NCBI GenBank assembly: GCA_964468545.1 | Contig: CAYXTT010000001.1 | Span: 1,894 to 65,893, forward strand | DNA: 64,000 bases | Direction of reading: 5' to 3' | Origin: Candidatus Woesearchaeota archaeon | GTDB taxonomy: Archaea; Nanobdellota; Nanobdellia; Pacearchaeales; GW2011-AR1 | Shown: positions 1-10,221 of the stretch, one piece after another | Position numbering within the stretch: the stretch's first letter is position 1 | How the letters are laid out: each line of letters begins with the position of its first letter | Notes under the pieces: generated by a model | Told to the model about the DNA's origin: nothing | Database searches by the model: none | The model's input: the letters and a program-made list of their open reading frames with translations, nothing else | Program-made: the position numbers and the translations under genes

Positions 1-1
1 C

Positions 2-1966
2 GACATCAAAGCCAACCTTGCAGGACTTGGCGTAAGATACGAAAACTTCAACAACCGAACCAACCAAGGAAAAGAAAAAATAGGAAACATCAAAAACAAA
101 ATAGAAAAATTAAATATTGAAATATCAAAAATTCGAACATCCTCCCCAGAAATAAAAAAACAACAAGAACAAAACAAAATTCTTCAAGAACAATTAGACA
201 AACTTGAACAAGAAAGAAGAAAATTCTACATCCTAAAATCCGATTTATCAACAACCGAAAACCAAAAACAACAAAGAGAAAAAATCCTAATCGAATCTTC
301 AAAAGAAATCCAACTGATAGAACAGACAATCACATCCCTCTTCTACGAAATAAAATACTCAAAATCCGTCGAGGAAAACGAAAAACTCAAGACAGAAACC
401 AAAAATAAAATCGAAACAACAATAGGGCAAATATTAAAATCAGAAAAAGAAATTCTCGAAAAAGAAAAAAGAAACGCGATTTTAGAAACAACAATCAAAC
501 GAGAAGAAAAACTAAAAGACGACATAATCCAGCTCAAATTCTGTCCAATCTGCAAACAAAACGTAGGAGAAGACCACAAGCACAACATCTCGATAAACGC
601 GAACGCGAAAATAGACTCAACAAAAAAAGAAATCGAAGAAAATCTCCGAACAAAACTTGAAGACAACACGAAAGCAACCAACCTTAAAGAAAAATTATCG
701 ACGCTAAGAATTAAACTAAACGAATTAGACATTGACCAAATAAAATTAAAAAACTCCGAAGAGAAAAAAGAACAAATAAAAAAAATCACGAAAAACCAAG
801 AAGAAACAAAAAAGGAATTGGTATACCTAAACGAAAAATTTCATTCAATAAAAACAGAATATGAAAAATTAAAAAACATAGAAGAAAAATACGATGAAAC
901 AAAATTAGCTCTTCAAGAAATCTCCTTCACCGACATGGACATCGACACCGAAATAATAATCAAGAAAAAAGAAACAAACCGGTTGTCAATGGAACTCAAA
1001 TCAACAGAAAGAGATATCGAAGAATCCGAAATCGAACTAAAAAAAATAGAAATCGCGATAAAGGAAAAAGAAAAAGAGGCAGGAAAAAAAGAAATTGAAG
1101 AACAAAAATTATACGAAAAAGCGCAAAGATTCTTCGACGAAAGAAATGAAACTCAAGACCAGCAAAAAACAATCGAAACTGATGTCATCGGAATACAACA
1201 CATAATCAAAAACTTCGAAGACAAAATAAATCAAAACAAAATACAAAGAGCGCAACTCTCAGCGCAAATAGATTCAATAAAAACAGAACTTGCAGAATTC
1301 GAACAAATAGAACTTCTACCATTGCCAATCGACCAAATAAAAGAACGTCTCCAAAAAGCCCAATTCCAAATATCAAGACTCGGCAGCGTAAACATGCGAG
1401 CCCTCGAAGTTTTTGACACCGTCGAGGAACAAGTAAAATTAATCCAAGAAAAAATCGCCACAATCCAGTCCGAAGAAGAAAAAATCAAAACCATCATCAC
1501 TGAAATCGACAAGAAAAAAAAGAAATCATTCTTGACAACCCTAACCGCCATCAACGAATTTTTCACAAGAAATTTCACCCAACTTTCCCACAAAGGGCAA
1601 GTGTTCCTCGAGCTCGAAAACAAAAATGACCCATTTGATGGCGGACTAAATATTTTAATCAAAGTTTCAAGAGGACGATACTTCGACATCAAATCCCTCT
1701 CCGGCGGCGAACAAACAATGGTCGCACTCTCGCTAATCTTCGCAATTCAAGAATACCGACCCTACTGCTTCTATGTGTTCGACGAAATCGACGCCGCCCT
1801 CGACAAACATAACTCCGAACTCCTAGCTGCCCTAATCAAAAAATACATGACATCCGGCCAATACATAATCATCACTCACAACGACACCCTAATCTCCGAA
1901 GCCTCAAACCTCTACGGCGTATCCATGCAAGAAAATATAAGCAAAATTATTTCTCTCAAAATATAA
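2..1966 (+). CDS. smc: SMC chromosome segregation ATPase, 5'-truncated by the window; carries a CxxC zinc hook
   Basis: Frame is open from base 2 into the listed ORF 818..1966. Long coiled coil, GSVNMRALE, signature LSGGEQ, Walker B/D-loop FYVFDEIDAALD, ITHN. CPIC at 542-553. Confidence 0.9.
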   Translation, partial: DIKANLAGLGVRYENFNNRTNQGKEKIGNIKNKIEKLNIEISKIRTSSPEIKKQQEQNKILQEQLDKLEQERRKFYILKSDLSTTENQKQQREKILIESSKEIQLIEQTITSLFYEIKYSKSVEENEKLKTETKNKIETTIGQILKSEKEILEKEKRNAILETTIKREEKLKDDIIQLKFCPICKQNVGEDHKHNISINANAKIDSTKKEIEENLRTKLEDNTKATNLKEKLSTLRIKLNELDIDQIKLKNSEEKKEQIKKITKNQEETKKELVYLNEKFHSIKTEYEKLKNIEEKYDETKLALQEISFTDMDIDTEIIIKKKETNRLSMELKSTERDIEESEIELKKIEIAIKEKEKEAGKKEIEEQKLYEKAQRFFDERNETQDQQKTIETDVIGIQHIIKNFEDKINQNKIQRAQLSAQIDSIKTELAEFEQIELLPLPIDQIKERLQKAQFQISRLGSVNMRALEVFDTVEEQVKLIQEKIATIQSEEEKIKTIITEIDKKKKKSFLTTLTAINEFFTRNFTQLSHKGQVFLELENKNDPFDGGLNILIKVSRGRYFDIKSLSGGEQTMVALSLIFAIQEYRPYCFYVFDEIDAALDKHNSELLAALIKKYMTSGQYIIITHNDTLISEASNLYGVSMQENISKIISLKI

Positions 1967-2039
1967 CCCCCACTTCGCGTGAAGGCGGCAAAGCCATCCT
2001 ACAAATAAACGAAGCAAAGCTTCGACAAATCACTACCCT

Positions 2040-2513
2040 CTACTTTCTACCATCTATTAACCACCTCGGCACCATCCTTCGCGTATACCTCGCAAAACTT
2101 TTCTTCTCTCCAACATAATACCGACGATACGCCATCACAACATCATCACCCTTATACTCATCCGGCATCGCCAAAACAAACCTCGTCAAACCTTTCTTCG
2201 CAACCTTCGGCTTATTCGCAACACACCACTCAACAACCTTCTGCGACTTATGAACTTTCCCATATCTCAAAGTATACTCACTACAAAGAGCCAACCCAAG
2301 CCGACAAAGAAAATCATAATTATCCAAACTCTCCCGAACCCAAACGCAACATGGATGATTAACATGCGTCAATTTATATGGCGCCGAACCACAACAAACC
2401 CAATGAGCCGAACAAAGCATCTGCGCGCTTTCCAGTATCATTTTCACAACATGCTTGTCATTGTGATACGTCGCACACTTCCTCAAATTTTTATCAAGCA
2501 AAAAAATATTCAT
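2040..2513 (-). CDS. Pyrimidine-dimer DNA glycosylase / T4 endonuclease V-like protein
   Basis: MNIF...HNDKHVVKMILESAQML...YKLTHVNHPCCVWVRES and AYRRYY..EK motifs; start placed at MNIF. Confidence 0.75.
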   Translation of the reverse strand: MNIFLLDKNLRKCATYHNDKHVVKMILESAQMLCSAHWVCCGSAPYKLTHVNHPCCVWVRESLDNYDFLCRLGLALCSEYTLRYGKVHKSQKVVEWCVANKPKVAKKGLTRFVLAMPDEYKGDDVVMAYRRYYVGEKKSFARYTRRMVPRWLIDGRK

Positions 2514-2590
2514 CTTCTTCCTTACCTCCACCTAAATGTTTTTCTCTCGAAAAACAAAAATCCTCAAAAAATTAAAGAGGAAAATTAAAA

Positions 2591-3823
2591 TTAATAATAT
2601 GAAGTTTCTACTTCTTCAATTGGCTTTTCCTTCCGTGTAAGAAGAACAACCAAAACAATAAGGAGAACAACAAAGACAATTACAAGAACTACCGTCAAAG
2701 CAACAACCGAAGTCGAAACACTTTTGCCGACGACGTTCGCGCCAAAAACAGTTTGTTCACCGTTAACGCCCACAGAAAAAGTATAAGTTCCAATCTCAGC
2801 ATCATCTGCCGCAGTCACGCTAATAACAACGCTCTCGCTCGAATCAGGGCCAACAGTAACTACTGAGGGAACTGAAACACTTAAGACATTGCCAGAAACG
2901 GACTCTATATTGAAAACCTTAATGCTATCCGCAGAATTAACAATAACCAAATCATAAGTCACTGTCTCTCCAGCATTCAAATCCTTATTCTTCGCAGCAG
3001 CCAAAACCATAGTCGAAGCCGAATCGCCAACACTAATTAACTTAGTGGCAATCGCCTCAGCATCGTAGTTGTAAGCCCTAATTTCAAGTTCATAAACGCC
3101 ACCCTTGGCATTATCAGGAACTCTCAAAGGAACAACTATCTCCATGGAATCTTCGTCGTCACAATTGCTCACAACAACATTATCGTAACCATCTTCAGAC
3201 AAGATACAATCTTCCGTAGGAATCAAATCCCCAACATACCCTCGCGAAGAAATCGCCAAGGCCGGAATCGAAACCTGGACATAAACATCGTCCAATCTGT
3301 CATAACCATTATTCTTAACAACAACAGAAATCGGAACAACATCGCCAGCCGAAACCCTCGAAGAATAATCAACAGTCAAAACTTTAATAGTATAAGATTC
3401 TCTCTGCATACTAACAGTATACTTCTGCTCCGTTCTCTTATCCTTAGAAACAATCTCAACATAAAGAGTATATTCCTCAGACAATTCGTCAGAATCAGAA
3501 GGTAACTTCAAGCTTAAAAGTTTGGTATAAACATTGCCACCTTCAACATCAAACCTGTCAGTCGAAGCGGAAACATCCTCACGATAACCTTCCATAGAAA
3601 CCTTGACTCTCACATCGCTCTCATCGCCGCAAGCCCGAAATGTTACTCGCACAGGAACAACATCGCCGACATTACCAACCATTGTGGTCGAAGCCCCCAG
3701 CCCAACGCTATTAAATTCTACAGCGACGTCATTAGCAAGACCAGCCGAAGCAAAACTCAAAACCATCAGAGTTAGAACTGCAACAAAAGGAATTAAAAGC
3801 AAATTTCTTTTCATTTTTTCCAT
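2591..3823 (-). CDS. Secreted Ig-like/CARDB-type surface (S-layer-like) protein with C-terminal TM anchor
   Basis: Signal peptide, beta-rich V/S repeats (VKNNG), C-terminal hydrophobic helix followed by ..ETSYY. Confidence 0.65.
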   Translation of the reverse strand: MEKMKRNLLLIPFVAVLTLMVLSFASAGLANDVAVEFNSVGLGASTTMVGNVGDVVPVRVTFRACGDESDVRVKVSMEGYREDVSASTDRFDVEGGNVYTKLLSLKLPSDSDELSEEYTLYVEIVSKDKRTEQKYTVSMQRESYTIKVLTVDYSSRVSAGDVVPISVVVKNNGYDRLDDVYVQVSIPALAISSRGYVGDLIPTEDCILSEDGYDNVVVSNCDDEDSMEIVVPLRVPDNAKGGVYELEIRAYNYDAEAIATKLISVGDSASTMVLAAAKNKDLNAGETVTYDLVIVNSADSIKVFNIESVSGNVLSVSVPSVVTVGPDSSESVVISVTAADDAEIGTYTFSVGVNGEQTVFGANVVGKSVSTSVVALTVVLVIVFVVLLIVLVVLLTRKEKPIEEVETSYY

Positions 3824-3936
3824 CCTAATTTAGTTAAACACTCAACAAATAAAAGCTATTTAAACCTTAGCATTGTTGTAATTTTAAAAGGACAAAAAGA
3901 TTTAAATAGTATACCATCGTATACCGAATATCGTAA

Positions 3937-4218
3937 ATGAGAGTAACAAAAATGGCAATTAAAAAAATAACAGAAAAAATCACAACCATAAAACTTCTGG
4001 AAGAAACAAAACTCCGAATCGAAAAACTCCGACAAAACAAAGGCGAATCCTACGACGACATTCTTAGAAAAATCCTCTACATCTTAAACACCGCGCGAGA
4101 CGAACCCGACAAAGCAAAACGAATTCTCGAAAAAATTTCCGAACTCCGACAACGAATGCTCGACGAGGAAAAACAACAGGAAGAAGATCTGAAAAAAGAA
4201 AACGGAAGAGAAGAGTAA
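3937..4218 (+). CDS. Small putative ribbon-helix-helix DNA-binding protein
   Basis: ITTIKLLEETKLRIEKLRQNKGESYDDILRKIL resembles archaeal RHH/antitoxin-like proteins. Confidence 0.55.
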   Translation: MRVTKMAIKKITEKITTIKLLEETKLRIEKLRQNKGESYDDILRKILYILNTARDEPDKAKRILEKISELRQRMLDEEKQQEEDLKKENGREE

Positions 4219-4485
4219 TGGACGAAGAACTTAATAGACGAAGAACTTAATGAAAAAATAACAGACAGAATAGATTCAGCAATAGCCAGAGCCCATCAAT
4301 TCTTACAAAGCTGCACCATCGAAGAATTAGTTAAAGAATCTATCAAATTAGGAGCAGCAAAAGAAAAATTAGAAACCATCAAAGAATACTTTGTGCCAAG
4401 ATTGTACGAAGAATTAAAAACAAAAATCAGCATCCTTGAAAAAAAATACCTCATAGAAGCACAATACCAAGATCGACAAAGATAA
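4218..4485 (+). pseudogene. Hypothetical ~83 aa gene frameshifted by a 16-bp tandem duplication at its 5' end
   Basis: ATG at 4218 overlaps the upstream TAA. GACGAAGAACTTAAT occurs at 4221-4235 and 4237-4251, and the second copy opens a frame to TAA 4483-4485. Confidence 0.5.
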
Positions 4486-5310
4486 CTACAAACTCCCCCA
4501 CTCTCTCATCCCAACAACCGAATCTCCAACAGCGTCGGGACTTTCACATATCAAAACAACATCTTTATCTAACCCAGACAAAAATTCCAACACCTTCTTC
4601 CATTCAGACAAAGGCGTCACCAAATGTTTCTTCTCGCCCTTATCTCCAAACTCAATCCCTGAAAAATGCACGTGCCAATTCTTCAACTTGAAAACCTCTT
4701 CAATTTTCTCAAACTCATAATTTTTATAACGAGCCAAAACATGCGCAATATCAATACAAACCCCGCAACCCGTCTCGCGAACCAATCGCCCAACCTCGTC
4801 AATCGAACCAAAAACATTCACCTTCCCCATAACCTCCGGACACAATTCAACATCCCATTTATTTTCCTTCACAACTTCCATCATCTCAACCACCCCTTCC
4901 TTAATCTTCTGAAAATCCGCTTCCATCCATTCTGAATTCTGACACCTGACACCTGACACCTTATTCAAATTCTTTGAGTTTGAATAAAATCCCGGATGAA
5001 AAACAACCCGCTTCGCCCCGAGCCACGACGCAACCTCGCAACATTTCAAAATCCGAGCCCTCGACATCTCAACCTTCTTCTCTTCCTTCGAATTCAAATT
5101 AATCCAATATGGCGCATGCACCGACAAATAAATCCCCAACTTTTTCGCAACCCGACCAATTCTCAAAGCATCCTCTTTCTTTTTAATATAAATCCCATAA
5201 GTAAACAAAACCTCCGCCGCCCGAAAACCCAACTTATGATACATCTCCAAATTCGCAACCGCATCACCAACCGACCCAATCCCCGTCGGACCAAATCTTA
5301 TATTAGACAT
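4486..5310 (-). CDS. nfo: Endonuclease IV (AP endonuclease family 2)
   Basis: SVHAPYWINLNS, VFHPG, PEVMGK, CIDIAH, HVHFSG, ICESP. Confidence 0.85.
   Translation of the reverse strand: MSNIRFGPTGIGSVGDAVANLEMYHKLGFRAAEVLFTYGIYIKKKEDALRIGRVAKKLGIYLSVHAPYWINLNSKEEKKVEMSRARILKCCEVASWLGAKRVVFHPGFYSNSKNLNKVSGVRCQNSEWMEADFQKIKEGVVEMMEVVKENKWDVELCPEVMGKVNVFGSIDEVGRLVRETGCGVCIDIAHVLARYKNYEFEKIEEVFKLKNWHVHFSGIEFGDKGEKKHLVTPLSEWKKVLEFLSGLDKDVVLICESPDAVGDSVVGMREWGSL
4930..4960. repeat. Heptamer tandem (CTGACAC)x3 plus degenerate copies, in-frame in nfo
   Basis: CTGACAC at 4939, 4946 and 4953; encodes KVSGVRCQNSE. Confidence 0.85.
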
Positions 5311-5351
5311 AATAATTAAATAATCATCAACAATTTAAACATTTCCTATAA

Positions 5352-6614
5352 TCACTCATATCTCATTAACGCATCCACCGGCTTCAACCTCGACGCTCTA
5401 TACGCCGGTATCGCTCCCGCAATCATTCCTATAAATATTGAAAGCAAAAACACCCCGATTATCAGCGTCGGACTAAAATAAGTAGAACTAAACGACAATC
5501 TCCCAAACGAACCACTCGCCAAACTTCCAATAAGACCCGCGCCAAAAACACCGAGGACAATTCCGCCAATCCCGCCAATCAATCCCAGCAAACCCGAACT
5601 AAACAAAAATATAACAAGTATATCCTTGTTCTGCGCACCAATCGCTTTCAAAATTCCAATCTCTCTCGTCTTCTCCATCACAGAAGTAAACATCGTGTTC
5701 GCTATACCAACCGCCCCGACAATTAACGAAATCGCCGCAATAGCCGCCAAAAACAACGCAATCGAATTAAGTGAAGAACTAACCGTCGCCTGAATTTCCG
5801 CAGGATTTGAAACACTAAAGTCGATATTCTTCGTCTGAAGAATCCCACGAGACAACATCAACTTCTGGGTTATCTCAGCAACCGTCTCATTCGTCAAATC
5901 CACATCTTTTATCTTCACAGAAATAGAATTAAACTTTTCATCTCCAACATTATCAATAACCTCTCGCGCCATCAAAATCGGCATGTAAATATTTGAATCA
6001 ACACTCCCACTCTGCTCCAGTACTCCGACAATCTTGAAAATTTTCCCCTCTATCGTAATCTGCCTATTTATTTGCATCCCATCAAAAACAGAATTCGCAA
6101 CACGATAACCAACAACAACCGAATTCGAATCTCCCTGCATCAAGTATCTCCCCGAACTCAAACCCGTCGTGATAAAATCTTTCCACACTTCCGCATCAAC
6201 TCCCTCAATATTCACCGTCGACGATTTACTCAAATAAGTCACATCTGCCCTGCCAGAAACCATCCCCATCACAAAATCAATATTCTGAATCCCTTTCAAA
6301 ACAATCACATCTTTCGCAGTAAGATTTTTTTGCTCCGACGAAGACGAAGAACTTCCAAAATCTCCGCCGCCGCCACGAATCTGAAACCCACCCCCGGAAC
6401 CCATCGCCCGCGAAGCCCCGGGACTAATCGTCAAAACATCCCCCCCTAAATTCCCTAAACTTTCCTGCAACTGCTGCTGCGCCCCCTGACTAACAGAAAC
6501 AATCGAAACAACCGCCGCAATTCCAATCACAATCCCGATAATCGTCAGATAACTTCTCAGTCTGCTATGTATCAACATATTAAGCGAAAGTTGAAACGCT
6601 TTTTTCGTTTTCAT
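5352..6614 (-). CDS. ABC transporter permease, MacB/FtsX family
   Basis: RLRSYLTIIGIVIGIAAVV; GIANTMFTSVMEKTREIGILKAIGA; PAYRASRLKPVDAL. Confidence 0.92.
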   Translation of the reverse strand: MKTKKAFQLSLNMLIHSRLRSYLTIIGIVIGIAAVVSIVSVSQGAQQQLQESLGNLGGDVLTISPGASRAMGSGGGFQIRGGGGDFGSSSSSSEQKNLTAKDVIVLKGIQNIDFVMGMVSGRADVTYLSKSSTVNIEGVDAEVWKDFITTGLSSGRYLMQGDSNSVVVGYRVANSVFDGMQINRQITIEGKIFKIVGVLEQSGSVDSNIYMPILMAREVIDNVGDEKFNSISVKIKDVDLTNETVAEITQKLMLSRGILQTKNIDFSVSNPAEIQATVSSSLNSIALFLAAIAAISLIVGAVGIANTMFTSVMEKTREIGILKAIGAQNKDILVIFLFSSGLLGLIGGIGGIVLGVFGAGLIGSLASGSFGRLSFSSTYFSPTLIIGVFLLSIFIGMIAGAIPAYRASRLKPVDALMRYE

Positions 6615-6616
6615 GG

Positions 6617-7621
6617 TTACTTCCTCTTCCTTTCAGCTAAAACCCAATCTGGAACTCCCTTAGAATTTTTCCCACCCTCAATCTTTTTCGACCCCGATTT
6701 CAATCCCAAAAATAATTTCTTCATCTTCCCGGGATATTTACTATGATACCAATATCCTCCTCCCGCAACCAAAACAACAACTATCCAAAACCAAACACTC
6801 TTGAAAATACTACTACTCTGTTGCGTCGTTGTAAAATTACCTCTTTGAAAATTTCCACCAATAACTTGCCCCGTTATATTTATTGGAGAAGCCGAAATAA
6901 ACTGAACATTTTTCACAACGCTCCTTCTTCCTCCAATGCTATCCGTATAATCTAACTGAACCTGCAAATCACTTCCCTGACTTCTCCCAACTTGCGTCAA
7001 ACTAAAACTAACAATAGTATAATCCCCAGAATCAAGATTCCCAACCATCTGCCCATTAGTTCCAGAAATTCTATAATTATCCTGCTCCGGAATTCTAACT
7101 ATCAAAGAATTCGCAGTATTCACGCCCGTATTCGCAATCGCAATCGAAACATCCGTCCCAGAAGATTCCTGCACAACTAAATCAAAATCCGTCTGCACAT
7201 TCGAAACTTCTATCGGAAAAGAACTAATAACCCCTGAATTTAATTTGCTATTCATATATTTTAATTTAAATTCATTTTCCCCCTCAACGGCATCCTTACT
7301 CACACGAATCTTATAATGCATGACAACCTCAAAAGAACTCGCGTCCTTATACTCTCTAACAGGATTTTCATTTTCATCGACGCTAAACGGAAAACTATCA
7401 ATCAATTCAAACTTCGCATAATCAACCGAATTCCCCAACGACGCCTTAACCCAAACATCAAAATATTCCCCGGGACTTACAGGATAAGGTTCGTACTTTA
7501 ACTGAGTTATCTGAGTACCATCATAATCATAATTATACGAATAATTCAAAACCTCCTCTGCGGAAATAATGCTCGTCAAAAAAACACACATCACTAAAAT
7601 CAAAATAAATCTACTTTTCAT
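6617..7621 (-). CDS. S-layer-domain (COG1361-like) membrane-anchored protein of the ABC operon
   Basis: Signal peptide, YEPYPVSPGEY, Ig-like repeats, C-terminal TM; lies between ATPase and permease. Confidence 0.7.
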   Translation of the reverse strand: MKSRFILILVMCVFLTSIISAEEVLNYSYNYDYDGTQITQLKYEPYPVSPGEYFDVWVKASLGNSVDYAKFELIDSFPFSVDENENPVREYKDASSFEVVMHYKIRVSKDAVEGENEFKLKYMNSKLNSGVISSFPIEVSNVQTDFDLVVQESSGTDVSIAIANTGVNTANSLIVRIPEQDNYRISGTNGQMVGNLDSGDYTIVSFSLTQVGRSQGSDLQVQLDYTDSIGGRRSVVKNVQFISASPINITGQVIGGNFQRGNFTTTQQSSSIFKSVWFWIVVVLVAGGGYWYHSKYPGKMKKLFLGLKSGSKKIEGGKNSKGVPDWVLAERKRK

Positions 7622-8325
7622 CTTCTCTTGCGCATCTCCCCACTTTCAATATTTTTCTCAATCCTTCCGTCCATCACATAAACAATTCTCTTGGCATACT
7701 GGACCAAGTTCAAATCATGAGTAACAATAACAACCGTTTTCCCCTCGCCATTTAATTTCCCAAGAAAATCCATCACAAATTTTCCCGTCTTGCTATCCAA
7801 ATTTCCCGTCGGCTCGTCCGCCAAAATAACTTCCGGGTCATTCGCCAAACTCCTCGCAATCGCAACTCTTTGCTGTTGCCCTCCAGACAACTCGTTCGGT
7901 TTATGATTAAGACGGTCTCCCAATCCTAATTTCACCAAAAGTTTCGTCGCCCTCTCTCTCGCAATTTTCTCGGAAGTATCAACAATTTCCATCGGCAGCA
8001 TCACATTCTGAAGCGCACTCAAAGTAGGTATCAAATTAAATTGCTGAAAAATAAATCCAACTTTCTTACTTCTCAACTTCGCCAAAGACGATTCGCTTAT
8101 TTTACCAATATCTTTATCATCAAGATAAATCGTCCCATAAGAAGGAACATCAAGAGCACCAATCATATTTACCATCGTGCTTTTCCCACTCCCGCTCGGA
8201 CCAACGACAGCGACAAACTCTCCCCTCTCGACTTTCAAATCAATTTCCTTCAAAACCGTCAATCCGCCCGCCTTGCCCATGTCATATCTTTTCCATACAT
8301 CATCAAGAACAATCACGGGTTTCAT
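7618..8325 (-). CDS. ABC transporter ATP-binding protein (LolD/MacB-type)
   Basis: GPSGSGKST, LSGGQQQRVAIAR, ILADEPTGNLD. Confidence 0.95.
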   Translation of the reverse strand: MKPVIVLDDVWKRYDMGKAGGLTVLKEIDLKVERGEFVAVVGPSGSGKSTMVNMIGALDVPSYGTIYLDDKDIGKISESSLAKLRSKKVGFIFQQFNLIPTLSALQNVMLPMEIVDTSEKIARERATKLLVKLGLGDRLNHKPNELSGGQQQRVAIARSLANDPEVILADEPTGNLDSKTGKFVMDFLGKLNGEGKTVVIVTHDLNLVQYAKRIVYVMDGRIEKNIESGEMRKRR

Positions 8326-8356
8326 ATTCTCTCATCGGTTTCCTATTTTTAAACAA

Positions 8357-8375
8357 TGTGGATTTAAAATCCACA
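8357..8375. promoter_or_regulatory. Palindromic operator candidate TGTGGATTT-A-AAATCCACA just upstream of a TATA box
   Basis: Perfect 9-bp inverted repeat next to TTTAAAAA on the - strand ahead of the ABC ATPase; similar site at 40699-40713. Confidence 0.5.
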
Positions 8376-8393
8376 AATAAAATCAAGCTCGCA

Positions 8394-9095
8394 TCAAATC
8401 CCCGAATTCCCCAATCGCCCAAAAATTCTCGGAAAACTAATCCTCAAAATTCCTCCAATTTCCCCTCGATAAAAAAACAAAGCAACAACAGTTATTACAA
8501 TCAAACTAGCAATCGAAAAATATATTTGAAAATAATTTGAATAAATCATCCCATTAATCAAATAAGCCGTAAAAAAAGTATTCGGAAGATTCCCTAAAAA
8601 AGTAGCAAGAAAATAATCTCTCAAATTAATTTTCATAATCCCCCCAAGAAAATTCGGAATCGTCGGCGGAACAAAAAATATCGTGCTCAAAATAAAAACT
8701 GTCTTGAAAGGACTTTTCTCGACGACCTCATCAAATTTTTCCAAACCACGACCCCGCCGTTTAAGATAATTCTGCACATATTCTCTCCCAAGTTTTCTCG
8801 CAATATAAAAATCAACAATCGAACTCCCGAGAATTCCAATCATCGCATAAACAACAAGACCCGGAAGAGAAAAAATCAACGCACCCAATCCTGTCATAAC
8901 ACTCACCGAAAACGAAAAAGAAGCAAGCACGATAAACGCCAGCGAATACAAAAATCCCGCGAGAAAAGGATTCAGCGAAACAAATAAATCTATCGAAGAA
9001 GAATTCAATCCAAAATATCCGGACAAAACACCGACGGCAACTGAGACAACCACAAAAACAAGAAACAGCAAAAACTTCTTCTTGGAACCGCTCAT
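8394..9095 (-). CDS. DedA/VTT (TVP38/TMEM64) membrane protein
   Basis: Multi-TM; GILGSSIVDFYIARKLGR and NFLGG...YFLATFLGNLP. Confidence 0.75.
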   Translation of the reverse strand: MSGSKKKFLLFLVFVVVSVAVGVLSGYFGLNSSSIDLFVSLNPFLAGFLYSLAFIVLASFSFSVSVMTGLGALIFSLPGLVVYAMIGILGSSIVDFYIARKLGREYVQNYLKRRGRGLEKFDEVVEKSPFKTVFILSTIFFVPPTIPNFLGGIMKINLRDYFLATFLGNLPNTFFTAYLINGMIYSNYFQIYFSIASLIVITVVALFFYRGEIGGILRISFPRIFGRLGNSGI

Positions 9096-9394
9096 ATTTT
9101 CTTCACAACTCTCTCCTCATTTAAATCCAAAATATAATGCTTCTTCAAACTCCCATTTATCACCTCGACATTAACTCTGCCCCTCGACGAATAAACATTA
9201 AAACCATTTATCTTATAATCGCCAACGCCGATACTCTTGTTAAGAATGCTCGCCACTCGCTCCCTATCTAACTCGCTAAGCGGAATTATATGTTTATGAA
9301 ACTCGACAAAATAAATCAAATGAAAAATCAAATTTGCAAAAAGAATCAACGCGACAACCAACAAAACAACCAACAAAAATAAACGTTTTTTCAT
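9092..9394 (-). CDS. Hypothetical membrane-anchored protein
   Basis: N-terminal TM helix; ATGA overlap with the next gene. Confidence 0.55.
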   Translation of the reverse strand: MKKRLFLLVVLLVVALILFANLIFHLIYFVEFHKHIIPLSELDRERVASILNKSIGVGDYKINGFNVYSSRGRVNVEVINGSLKKHYILDLNEERVVKKI

Positions 9395-9488
9395 AACAAG
9401 ATATAGAATCTAAATTATTAAACATATCTCTCTAAATTCCACGTCCATCATTTTTATAAATCCTCACACCCACTCAACACAAGATAAA

Positions 9489-10220
9489 ATGCCAATATCA
9501 ACGGGAAGAATTATTTTCAAAAGCATTGGAAGAGAAAAATTAACCAGCCTGCTCGGACTAGGATTAGGAGCAGAATTTTTTTACTCGTTCATAATAATCG
9601 TCTGCAGTTTAATAATTTATTTCGGCACAAAAGAACTTTACGAATTAAGCTCACACAAAGGAATAAAATATTTCAGACAAGCATTTCTATTTTTCGCAAT
9701 CGCCTATTTCTTCAGAGGGTTCATAAAATTTATAGTTATTTACTTTGATATCAACGGAATACTAGAACTTTCTCCAATCACATTTGGAATCACAGGACTA
9801 GCAACTCAACTTTTATTTGTATACTTCAGCTCGATGGCAATATTTTATCTTCTTTATAGTGTAATGCAAAAATGGAATAACAATTCCCGCAAAATTTATT
9901 TATTACACTTTCTTGCCATAACTCTCGCTCTAATAAGCGTCTTGTCAAGAAACCCGCTAGTTTATCTGGGACTAAATCTTTTCCTTCTTGCCGTCGTCGT
10001 TTTCATTATTCGAATCTCTTATCAATATAAAAAGAACAGAAAAGGAAAACACCATCTTTACCTGACTTACATTCTTCTTTCTTTGTTCTGGGTACTTAAC
10101 ATCATAGACACTTTAATCCCAAAATTTTTCCAGGGCTTCCAATTATTTATCTACCTGGCATCAACATTAGTATTCTTGCTTGTTTTATACAGAGTTATAA
10201 AAAATACTGGGACTGATTAA
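9489..10220 (+). CDS. Hypothetical polytopic membrane protein (~7 TM), possible sensor
   Basis: Repeated hydrophobic helices; directly upstream of a wHTH regulator. Confidence 0.65.
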   Translation: MPISTGRIIFKSIGREKLTSLLGLGLGAEFFYSFIIIVCSLIIYFGTKELYELSSHKGIKYFRQAFLFFAIAYFFRGFIKFIVIYFDINGILELSPITFGITGLATQLLFVYFSSMAIFYLLYSVMQKWNNNSRKIYLLHFLAITLALISVLSRNPLVYLGLNLFLLAVVVFIIRISYQYKKNRKGKHHLYLTYILLSLFWVLNIIDTLIPKFFQGFQLFIYLASTLVFLLVLYRVIKNTGTD

Positions 10221-10221
10221 A

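Noticed and set aside
2..817. Possible frameshift or separate gene upstream of ORF 818..1966
   Set aside because: The same frame is open from base 2; the ORF track simply began at the first TTG.
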